This document shows positions 49,101 through 61,100 of a stretch of 64,000 nucleotides of DNA, piece by piece. The stretch's first letter is position 1. Every line of letters begins with the position of its first letter. The notes under the pieces were generated by a model. It searched no databases and was not told where the DNA came from. It saw only the letters and a list, made by a program, of their open reading frames with translations. This DNA comes from Rhizaria sp. SCN 62-66 (Eukaryota): positions 1-64,000 of the forward strand of contig MEDY01000086.1 in the NCBI GenBank assembly GCA_001724265.1, written 5' to 3'. Made by a program: the position numbers and the translations under genes.

Positions 49101-52100
49101 TAACAACGCTAGTAGCAACGCAAACGCTGTTAATGCTAGCTCTGTTGTTAACACTGCCAGTGATGACAATGTGGTGCTGCTAGCGCTTGTTGACTCTGCT
49201 GCGGAGGCCGTTGCGGCCGCGGCGGCTGCAGCTGCGGCCGCTGCGGCAGCAGGCTCTGCCACCGCTGCGTCTGGGGGTCGGTCGACTTATCGCATCCGCA
49301 ACCTTACCGGCTACCCGCTCACGTTCTCCTCTGTGTCCAACTCGAGCCTTGGCGTCAACACGATTGCGAACAGTAGCCTGAGCTCCAATAGCTGGCTCTC
49401 GAGTGCAGGCATGACCAACTTGCTGTCGCCGTCGTCTTCGTCCGAGCTTGCTGCCAACGCGAATGTTGACAATGGCAACAACAGCATCGGTGTCAACTAC
49501 AACTTCTTGGCCTCGACTGGCGTCGCCAGCAGGTCAGGCTCTGGCTCCGTCATCATGCCAGGTGCTGAGGGTCTCTTACGCTTAGGTAAGGCCTCTCTGC
49601 CCCGCGCCCGTCGCGCGCGCGCGCACGCTGCCTACCACAGCCAGTTCAACAGCGGTGGCGGCGACGGTGCGGACAGCGTGGCTGACCGCTACAGCGCCAG
49701 TGCCGCTGGCAGTAGCAGCAGTATGATCAGCGGCGTTGGCGTCAACGGCCTATCTGGCAGCGCTAGCGGCGCCGTGAGCAACAAGAACTCCGTCACTGGC
49801 GCCGGCGCCAGCCACCGCAGCCACAACGGCGGCGGTCTGGCTCGCAGTCGCCGCCGCAAGGCGCGCACTGGCCGCGCACTCGCTGCGATGGTGCAGAGTG
49901 GGCTCAGCCCCGCCGACGCGGCCGCCACCGTCGCTAGCGCTAGCGATGATGACAACGATGACGACGTTGACGGAGACGCTGGCGCTGGCGTCGACACGAT
50001 GGTCATCGGCGCCACAATCGCCGCCGTCGACACGAGCGTGCTTGCAGCGGCTGCCGGTGGCGCTGGCACTGGATACGGCTACTCCTATGATGACGGCGAT
50101 GATCGCGATAATGTTGACAGCGGCATGTGTGCAGCTGCAGCCAGTCACGACGGCCACGCCCATCGCATGAGTCCGCGCCGCACGGGCTCCGGACACGGCC
50201 TCGGTCGTCGGGGTCTTGCGCTCTCAACTGACGAGGATGATGACGACGAAGATGGCGATGGCTTTCACAACAACAGTCGCTACTATGCCCGGAGCCGTGC
50301 GCGTAAGAGCAAGTACCACTTTGACGATGAGAGTGACTGCGGCAACGACCTCATCTCGACATCCGACGACGGCAACGACGACTTTGTCAACAATCCTGAC
50401 TATAGCAACAACGCGGACACCCAGCGCCAATACGGCGACAGCTACGGCATCGACATGCCTGCTGCGAGCTCGAGTAACGGCTGTTTTTCGTTCAGTCGCA
50501 AGGACGCCCGCCGCGCCGCCCGTGCGCGTCTGCAGCGACACGCGGCTTACTTTCTGCACCCTGTCGCCGACGGCGCCAGGCACGCGCGCTACTACGCGCC
50601 CGCAATCACGCTGCAGCTTGCCTGTCCGGTCACTGTGTTCAGCCAAGCGGCGCAGACCGAGACCGACAACAAGCAATGCCAGTCGCAGACTCCGTCTCAG
50701 TCGCTTGGTCAGCCGCAGTCTCAGTCCCAGCCGCAGCTACAGCAGCAGTGGGGCCTGTGGGGCTGCGTGGCCCGCATTCCCCTTGACGCGTTCACTCCCA
50801 GCTCAACCGCCGCGGGCTCCGCGGCCGCGAGCACTCAGCAGCAACAGCATGAGGCGCTGGGCGCGGGCTTCGCCGGCAGCAGCAGCGGCACTAGTGGCGG
50901 TGGCAGCGGGAGCGGCAGCGCCGGCAGCGTGTTCCCGCTGATGCCGACTGCGCGCAGCGACCAGGCATGGCCGCTGCTCACGGTCACTTCGCAGCCGGCG
51001 GCGCTGCAGATCCCGACCTACTTACACGCGCCCGGCGCCTACGCCACCGCGAGCACGCGACTAAGGGGCTCTGCGGGTGGTGCCTCAGCTGCGGCTAGCA
51101 ACAGACCGTACTTGGACGCCTACTTAGCTGCCCACGGCCGCCCCCTTGTCGGCATGGCATCTCCCCTCACCGGACTGCCCACAGTCACCCCCGCGCAGTC
51201 CGCGGCCGCTGCTGCTGCTCACGGGCACTTCGCTAGTAACGGCAACGCCGGCGCAGTGCTGTGCGCGACGAAGCAGGCCGTGGTGCCGCTGTCGTACGTC
51301 TACTGCCGGCTTGAGACCAGCACTGCTGCGGCCACGGCGGCGGCGGCGGAGGCCGCGGCGGCGGCGGCGGCCGCGGCTGCTGCTGCAGTAGTTGGTGGTG
51401 AGCCTGTCATCGTGCCTGCAACCGAGAACAGTAAGTATTTCATCAACACGGCACTTTACACCAGCAGCATCAACAGCGACGGCGATGATAACGATAGCGC
51501 TGCTGATGCCAGAGCGGGTGCAACTGGGAACGATGCTAGTGACATGGGCATCAACGCCAGGAACATGTTGCTGGTGACACCGACGGCACGCCCCAGCACT
51601 CTCCCAACCATCACAGTCTCGTCGACATGCTTTTTCGCGAACCGCACTCTGCTCCCGCTCGAGATCATGATCGTCGACACTCTCACCCAGTGCGAGATGT
51701 TGCGCGCGTTCGTGACTCCCGGCGACTCGCTGCCGCTGCCGTTCTTGCAGGGCGTGCCGGCCGCGGTCAAGGTGCTCGTCAGGCCCGCGGGCGTGAGCTA
51801 CTTAGACTCCAAGTGGGAGTGGCCCTTAGACGGGCTCTCCTTTGCTGAGATCCACGCTGCAACCTCCAGCACGAATAGCAGTACCGCCAAGACGACCGCT
51901 AGCAACAGTCATGCAGGCGGCAATGAACGCTTCCTGACTTGTGCGAACAGCTACTGCACTCGCGCCCGCTCTCATTCCAACTCGGAAATTCACAACCAAA
52001 GTCACAGTCAGCTCGACAGTAATGGCGGTGCTAATGAGCATGGGCCGTACGCGGTCGCAACTCCCGCTGCCGTAGCGACTGCGATGCAGATGAAGGGCCA

Positions 52101-55100
52101 AGAAGAGTTCGTGTTCTGCGCCAAGGTCGTCATCACGCGCACGCCCACGCTCGCCACTGCCGGCGGCGCGGCTCTGGCGCAGAAGCAGCTGCAGCAGCAG
52201 CTCGGCCTGTTGTCGGCGGCTGACCTCATCACGATCGCCTTTGAGCCGCCGCTTGTGTTGACGAACTTCCTGCCGCTGCCCGTGATTGTGAACGTGAAGC
52301 TTCGCGTGCTCTCACAGACATTGGTCACGTACAAGACCGGTGATCGCAAGACGAGTGCTGACGTTGAGTCTGCTGAAGACGGCAACGACGCTTCGGCTTG
52401 GTTCCTCCCTGGCCCCGACGCGCCGCTGTCCGCCTTCTACGTGCCGGCCTCCGCGTCTCTGCTGTCGCTCGCGCACGGCCAGTCGGCCCACATCCACTGC
52501 TTCGACCTCGCGCCGCGCACTGTGCCCTCGCACCTCACAACCAACGCCAACGCGGACAGCAACAAGAACATTAACTCTATGAACAACCCCAAGAGTCCCG
52601 CCGGCTCCAGCGCAAGCTCTATCCCCTGTGGCACGTTGTTGTCGCTGCCGGTGACCGCACCCGCGCCCGCGCTGGTGACCGCCGAGATCAACCTTGCCCG
52701 CCCGCGCCGCACGCGCGCCGCGGCCCGCGCCCGGCTGCAGCGCGCGGTGTTTGAGCTCGTGGCCGAGCTCGTCGCCACGATGCCGACGGCGGCCGAGCGC
52801 GCGGCGGCCGAGGCCGAGGCCGAGGCGGCCGCGGCCGCAGCCGCGGAGGAAGAGTTTGAGGGCATCGGGTACGACTTTGAGCAAATCAACGCCAACTCCA
52901 ACACGGCCCTCAACAGCTATACTGTTGGGAGTGCTATGGACGGCGACGGTGGCCTTGCCGGTGTAAGCAACGGATCCGGTGCTGTCGATTCGGGCACGCT
53001 GACACGCGATGTGCTGTCATACTCGATGTCGCTTGGCAATACATTTAACGGCGGCAACTTGAATGACACCACTCTCGGTGGCGCCGGTATTAATGTTACA
53101 GATACGGCTCCTCCTCCTAGTGGCGTCATGCAGAGAGGCCTTTCCTCATCTTCGATTGCTGCGTTTGCCTCTCCGACCAAGAATCACGCAAGCGGGGGCA
53201 ACCGTCCTGTGCCCGCGCCAGTCCACAGCCGAACCCACAGTCGCCGTAGTGTGCGCGGCAGCAACCTCTCCCAGTCGCACTCGAGCGCGAGCGCCAGTGC
53301 GGCTGTGAAGAGGCGCGACGCCGCCGCGACTGCGCGGGCCGCCACTGACACTGCAACTGCGGCTGCCGCTGCTGCCGCGGCTCTACTGACGCGCAAAGAG
53401 CGGCAGTTTGACGCGGATATTCTCGCTGCGTCCCAGTTTGACGCCGGTGCTCTCAGTCAGTCCTACGCCAACACGGACAACTACGCGTACGGCAACGTGG
53501 ACAGTGCGAGTGTTGCTGTCAATGCTGGCGCCACGCAGCCGCCACAGTCGCAGACGATGCGTCACCGCCGCCGAGCTGGCGCTCTGTTTGCCGGCAGCAG
53601 CAACAGCGTCTATGTGAGTGACGACGACAACGACTACGACGGTGGTAACAGTGAGGTTGACGACAATGCGGGCACTAACTCTGGTTCCCCACTGACGCTG
53701 CCCGCGGCGGCCCTGTCGCCCAACGATCTCTTCTCGCTCCCGTTCGCCTACAACACGACTGCGAACAACGGCGCGCCTCTGAGCACGAGCACCAACAGCA
53801 GTGTGGGCAGCAGAAGTCTCAGTGCTGGTGCAAACAACGTGTTCGCTGCCCCGTCTTCTCACAACAGCAGCAGCAGCAGCAGTATCAGTGGCAGTAGCAG
53901 CAGCAGCAGCAGTAGCGTGAGCAATAGTCACCCCTACCAGTCACTGATCACAACCAACTCTAGCACAGTCACTCTCAACAGCGACAGCACTCACACCGCT
54001 GGTGTCGCCGCTGATGACGAAAACGATGCCGCTGTGAACAGTGCTCGCGGGCGCGAAGCTGCAGCGACTGAGACTGCTGAAGCCTCCCGCGGTCACTCTG
54101 CGACGGACGGTGCTGGTTCTGCGCACAGCGGCAGCCGCTCTGCGCCGGACGAGGCCGCGGGCGCGTGGACCTGGGCGTGGGACTGGGCCCACCTGGCGCT
54201 CACCCTGCTTAGCGTGCCCGCGCCAGAGCTTCCCGCGCGCGCCGCGGCGCTGTGCCGGCCTACCCCGTTGCTCGCGGCGGCGCTGGCGGAAATCGTGGCG
54301 CGCGCGCGCAGTGCGGTGACCGAGGACGACGTATACCTCTCCGGCCTCAGCTCCAGCGCCAACGCGGCCGCCATGGCCGCTGCCGCCGCTCATGGGGGCC
54401 ACTCGCAGGCGCAGGCGCAGCCGAACGGCGCTGGTCTTGGTCTCGGCCTCGGACTCGGACTCGGACTCGGCGCCGGCGCGAGCGCGAGTGCTTGCGGTGG
54501 CGTCGGCGGGCTTCTCGGCAAGCAGGCGAGTGAGTGGAGCGATACGTGGTCGAAGCCTGCTATCATCCACACGGTCGCTGTCGCGTCGTCTAATAGCGAT
54601 GTCAATTGCGATGTCTCTGTTGAAAGCACTGCGGACGAGTCAAAGTGCTCTGAGAGCACTGAGTCTTCGACTGCAAGCTCCTCGACAGCTGTGTCCCCGT
54701 CGACTGACTCAGTGTTGGTGCCAACCGCAGTGCGCTCGCAGTCGCAACGCGTCTGCGACCTTAAGGGCAACGTGCTCACGGTCACTCTGCGCTACAGCCA
54801 TAGCAACACCTCTGTCGTCACGCTCACGGTGCCCTACTGGTTCGTGAACCGCACAGCGCTGCCGCTGCTCTTCGCCACGGTTACGGCCCCGAGTCTGCAG
54901 GCACTGGACGCGGCCACAGCGGCTGCGGAGTACAACGCGGACAACAGTGCTATGCAGTCGAAGAGTGAGATCGCGAAGTCTAAGCGTCTTCTGGCAGGTG
55001 TAAGGGTCGAGCCGTGCGCCGGTCAGCCCGTCGCATCGCAACTGCAAGCTCGCACTGATGCGCTTCTGTCCGCGCAGCTTCAGCAGCAACAGCTTCAGCA

Positions 55101-58100
55101 GCAGCTCTTTACGGCTGGCTCTGTCAACAGCTCCAATAGTAACGCCAACTACACCTCGTATGCTCCGAATGTCAGCGCCAACAGCGGTAGCAGTATGCTC
55201 ACCGACCTGTGGTCACCGGCGCTCAAGCTGCTCCCACCCCACGTCGGCGCAGTGCCCGCGGCCGCCCCTCTGACTGCGACGACGCGCGCGGTGCTGCTGG
55301 GCGCAGACGTCTCCGCCACCACGGCCACCGACGCGCTCAGCGATATCTTCACAGACTCTGGCTCAATATACTCCAATGGCAGCGACAACACCGCTGTGAA
55401 CGACGGGCTTCGTGTCGCGCTGCTGTCGGACGACTGCGAGCCCTGCATGGACGTCAACGTCACGCTGCCCAACACAGACATCCTGCTCTCGTTCCGCGAG
55501 TCGCTCTACGGCAGGCCCAAGCGGCTTACCTTCGAGCAGTTCGCCGAAGCCTTCCCGGCGCCCGCGGCTGCCGTGTCGCTCTCCACCGCCACAGCTCTCC
55601 AAATCCATCACAACGCCTCGAGCGCAAGTTCGAGCTCTAGCTCTAGCGCGAGCGTTGGCTTCAGCCGCCTCTTCCGCGACCGCCGCAGCGCTGCCGACCG
55701 CGACCGCGCCGAGCGCGAGCGCGAGCGCAGTGACCGCGACCGCGTCTCCGCCTCGGTCGGCACCGCCGGCGCGCAGTCGGCGCTGGCCGCAGCGCAGGCA
55801 GCCGCGGACGCTGCCGTCGCCGCCGCGCGCGTGTGCGGCGCGCTGCGGCTGCCACAGACGCGGTGGAGCTCGCCCTTCAGGCTCTACTCGGCCGGGGAAG
55901 ACGCGGGCACTGCGGCGGGCGCCGCGGCGGGCGCGGCGGCGGCGGCGGTGTTGGCTGGAGGCGCGGACGCTGTGAACGGCAGTGGCAGCGCTGGACTGTA
56001 CGGTGTGATCACGCTCACCGAAGATTGCAGCGGTGAGGGTAACGATGTGAAGAGTGAGAACGCAGTGAGCTACTGCAGCAGAAACCTCGGCGACGACAAC
56101 GACGGGATCGACGACGATTGTGAGAGCTATATCTACAGCAACAGTTGCGGCGACGGCTCTGCCTCTTGCAAGAGCAAGAACAGGCCCGGTTTCCCAGTCT
56201 ACGACAACGATCTCCAGTCGTACAACCCCCACCGCTGGGCGCTTCTGCTCGCTGAGGCGAAGAAGACTGTGAGCGGCGAGCTCGAGCTTGTGCTCTCCGC
56301 TCGCCGCCGCGCCATCGGTGCCTTCCTCGGGCTCGGATCTAGCAGCGCAAGCTCTAGCTCTTGCACTAGCAACGACAACGGCACTGGAGCACACGTGCTC
56401 GGCGGCGCCGTCACGAGCACGGCCATCGACATCGCGACGTTCGAGCGCGCAATGACTGCCGTGCGCCGCGCCGCCACTAGCCCCCCGCTGCTGCAGCGGC
56501 CCGGCTTGCTCTCGCCGGCCGGCGTCGCGCTCTTTGCCCCACTGACCGACACGAACTCGTCGTCGACGTACGTGCAGCTGGGCCGCGCCCGCGCAGTGCT
56601 GCTGCGGCTCTGCGCCCTCGAGCCCGTCGCCGCCATCGACGCCGCGTTCGCGCGGCTGACCGGCGTCGCGCAGTCTGCCACGCTCAGCGCCAGCGCCGCG
56701 CCGGACGTGGTCGCGCTATGCTCGGTGTCGCAATGGATTGCCAAGAGGGCGCAGATTGCGATCATTGAGGCGAAACGCGGATATGCGGCGTATCTTAACA
56801 GCAAGAGTAACTCAAGTGACGTTCGTGAAACTACTAGCAGTGCTGGCTTGAGTGGTGATGCGAGCAAGGATGTTTCGTCTTCTGGCGCTAAGCAGCCTTT
56901 GTTTGGCGCTAAGCCGCCACCTCGCTCGTTCGAGTTCAGTGTCAGTGTCCTGGACCTCAACCCTCCAGTCCACTCTCTCACGAACACGGCGCGCTCGCAC
57001 GGCCACAGCAACAGCTCGCTGTCGACTCTGACTGCCGGCTCCTCGTCTAAGTACCCGCTTCAGGCGTCTAAGTACCCCACGCGTGTAGTCACCATCGCGC
57101 CGCGCTTCTTGCTGATCAACCGCACGCCGTACCTGTTGCAGCTCTCGCAGGTCGGGACGCGCCACCGCTTCGCGCTGCCGCCCCACACGCAGCGCACATG
57201 GCACCGCGCGGCGCCCGCGCTGCCGGCGCGGCTCACGGCGCGCGTGTGGCGCAAGGGCTGGCTGTGGACGGCTCCGGGCCACGGCTTCGCGGCCGACGTC
57301 GCGGGCGACAGCGCCGGCGTGATGGGCAGACTCGAGGGCGAAGAAAGCGCCGTTATGGCCGTGCGCGTGCGGGCCGTCGGCGCGCAGTGGGTGCTCACAG
57401 TCACTTCCGTCGCGCCCGTGGTCGTCACGTCGCTGCTGCCCGGCAACAGCAGCACTGGTAATGACGCAGCTGTCGTGCCTGATCAGGCGGCGCTTGCTGC
57501 CGCGGCCGCGGCTATTGCTGCTGGCGTTTCCAATACGGGCCCCGGCTCGAACACCAGCTCTAGCGCGGTCTCAACGACAACTACAACGACTGGCGGCGTC
57601 AGGCTGAACAACCTCACTGCACTGACTCTCTACTACCACCAGCACGGCTTTCCCGCCCGCTCGTTCCTTCTGCCGCCCTACTCCTCGGTGCTGACGGCCT
57701 GGCCCGAGCCCTGCGCCCCGCACCGCGCGATGGCGCTCACTGCGGCGCCCCCCGGCTGGGTGCCCCCGCCGCCCGCGGCGCTGCGGCAGCTCCGCCAGGG
57801 CGGCGGCCGGCGGGCCGAGGCGCTGGCGCTCTTCACCGCAGTCGTCGCCAACGTCGGCGCGCGGCTGGGGCCGGGGTTCACGCTGATCCGCGGCTACAAC
57901 AACCAGCCGCAGCAGTTGCCGCTGCTGATGGCGGCGCACCAGACGCAGACTGGCGTCGCGGGTGGCGCGGTTTCGAACAGCAATAAGACGGGTTCTGCCT
58001 CTGTGGGTGGCAACAGTGGTGCGAACGGCGAATTCCTGTACAAGGGCGCCAAGCAAGCCGCGAAGCGTGTCATCACGACTGCGACGACGACTTTAGAGTC

Positions 58101-61100
58101 TGCCGCTGCCGCCGCCGCCGGTGTCACCGTCACCGCCAACGCCGCCTCGGGTGCGAACCCTGGCGGTGAGAACGTCACATACGGCGACATCGGCCGGCTG
58201 CTCCTGCTGTCGCTCGCGGTGGCTGCAACCGCGCCCACTGGCCCTGGCTCTGGTGTTACAAGCAGCGGCAGTGTCGGTGCTGTGGGCGCTGGCGGCCAGC
58301 ACAGCGGCGCTCTGGCGGCGGCTATTCTCGCGCACCAGCGGCGCAAGGCGGTGGCCACGGTCACTGCAGCGACAGCTGCCCTCGGTAACAACGCCAACAG
58401 CGGCGCCGGCGGCTTCAGTGGCAGCAAGCGCGGTGCTAAATTGCAGCAGAAGCCTGTCTCTACTGCGGCAGCGAGTGTTGCTAGTAACAAACGTCACTAC
58501 TACTACGACGGCGGCGATGAGGACAGCGGCGACGACAGTGACAACGACGGTGAGAACAATAGCGCTCTCAACGCCGCAACAGCCTCCTCTCACGGCAATG
58601 GTGCGGAGGGTGAGTTGGCTGCAACGGCCACGACTGCGAATGCGGCTAATACAACCGCAGACGCAGCTCACGTCCCCGGACACGGGATCGGTCACTCTGC
58701 GTCGTCGTCCAAGGACTCTCTGGCGCCTTTGGGCTGGCACGGCGACATCGGCACGTACCCCGTCTCGTCTCTGCGCAAACACGCGCCCGTGGCGCTATTC
58801 CACTCGCCGCACTACCCGTGCCCGATGCGCGTGTTGCGCGCCATTGATCCCTCGCTCAGCGAAGACGACGTGCTGCAGCGCGTGGTCGAGGACACGCCCC
58901 ACATCCCTGAACGCTTCCTCGCCGAGATGCTCACGGCGGCGCGCGGCGCACCGGGCTACAACCTCGCCGTGATGCCCGTCGCCGTAACCGTGGCCGCGCA
59001 GGCCGGCATGGTGGCCGTGCTCACAGTCGCGCCCGCCGGGGCGGAGGAAGTGGCGGCGCGCGGCTTGACTTTGATCACGGCCCCCTCTGCGTCGACGTCG
59101 TCCTCTTCTTCTGCGGCGTCTCTGTCACAGGCAGGGTCGGATGCGAGTAAGAGCAGCAATAGCGAGAGTGCTCTGTTGAGTTCCAGCGGTATCTACAACG
59201 ATGCTAGTCCCAACAGCTCGACCACGAACGCTGCGACTACAACGATGAGTGGTCCAACTGCGACCGCGACAGACGCGCTAGATGGCAGTGGCAAGGGCAC
59301 TGGCGGCGCTGGTGGTAGCAGCAGCAAGGCTCTGCAACTCGCTGCCCCCGGTGCTTTGACGCGCTACATCAACGATGAGATCCGTCGTCGTCGTGCCAGT
59401 GGCTTAACTTCTTACCAAGACGAACACCGCAGTGTCAACAGCGGTAATAGCGCGAGCTCGAGCGGCCTAACTTCTTCCTCTGACGCCCCGTGCGGCCTAA
59501 CTTCGACGCTACCGTCCGTGCTCGCGCGGACGTACGAAGCGACGGCGCTGCGCCGTGCGGCCCCCGTCTTCACGCTGGAAGTGCGCCTCGCGGGCCTCTC
59601 CGTCTCGGTCGTGACCGCGCAGCAGCCCGGCTCGGCCGCAGCTGTGGTGCTCCTGCGCGAGCGCGAGCGGCGCCAGCGGGCGCAGGCCGAGCTGTGGCGC
59701 CGGGGCCAGTTTTACCGCAGACGCGGCCACGGAGTGCTGCCACCCGCCAGCGAGTTGGCGCCGCGGCCGTTCGCGCTCAGTCTGCATAGCAACAAAAGCA
59801 ACGGCGGCGGCGGCGGCGGCGGCGGCGGCAGCGCTGGTAAGGGCGGCAAGGACGCTGCTAGCGGTCGTTATGCTTCTGGTGGACGTGGATTTGCCGCGAA
59901 GCAGCATAGCAACAGCGCCAAGAGCGACGACGACCAGACGCACAACACCAGCGGTGAGGGCTACGAGTCAGCCTACTACTACAGCAACCACAGCGTTCCT
60001 AGCAACAACAATAACACCAGCAACGACGCCAATGCCGCCGCTGCGGCCGCCGCGACTGCTGCCTCTGCCGCTGCTGCTGCCGCGACCGCGATCGCTGCTG
60101 CGGCGGTGAACGACGACACCGCCGGCCACCGCGCACGCCCGCGGCCGACGTCGCTGTCGAGCTTCCATGTGTCGCCACTGTCGGTGCGCCGCCGCGAGCT
60201 GCTGCTGCTTACGGTCACGGCGGTGCTGGTGCGCACAGTCACATTCCCGACGCGGCGCGACGTCGAGGCCGCGGTCGGCGCCATCCAGCTCGACAACCAG
60301 CTCGGCAACGGCAGCGAGAAGCCCGTCGTGCTGCACAGGCCAGGCGCCGGACAGCTCGGTGCAGCCTCCGCGGCGTACACGGGGGCGAACGCGGCTGCCT
60401 CTGGGGCTTCCGCGACTACTGTAGCTGCTGGTGGGAGTGTGAGTGCTCCCAGCGCCGGTGTAAATACCATGGGGCTGCCCCCGCGCATCACTGACCGGCC
60501 CTCTTGGGCCGCAGCAGTGGTGCCTGCTGCCGACGTGGCGGGGCTGTTGGCGCAGCTGATTGCAGCAGCACGTGAAGACGCTGAAATCGCCGAAGCCGCT
60601 GCTGCCGCTGCTGCCGCCACAACGCCGAACCGCGGTCATGACGGCGACGGCGACAACAACGATGACGACGACAATGACGACGATGACGCGTCACTGGCTT
60701 TGTCGAGCGTCAGTGCCGCCGGCGGCAGTGGCGGCAAGTCTAAGCGCGTTCGTTGGGTGCCGCCTCAGACGATTGACCCTTACAACGAGCTTTACTCGCC
60801 GGCTCGGTCCCCAGTGCTCACTGCAGAGGCGCGGGCCGTCGTCATCGCTGCGCTGCGGGACATCGCCTGCGTCACGAGCACCGCGGTCGACACGATTGCC
60901 GCCGCAGTCGCTGCCGCTAACGCCGGCACCAACGCTGACGCCAAGAGTGTGGCGAGCGCGGTTGAGTCCGAGGTCGCGTCCGCCGCTGTTCTGGCCGCCA
61001 CTGTCGCCGATGTGCGCCGCTACCGCGCTCTTGCGCTGCTGCTCTCAGAGCGGCTGCGGCTGAGCGCGGAGCAAGAGTGGCTCGCGCGGGGCGCGGTGTG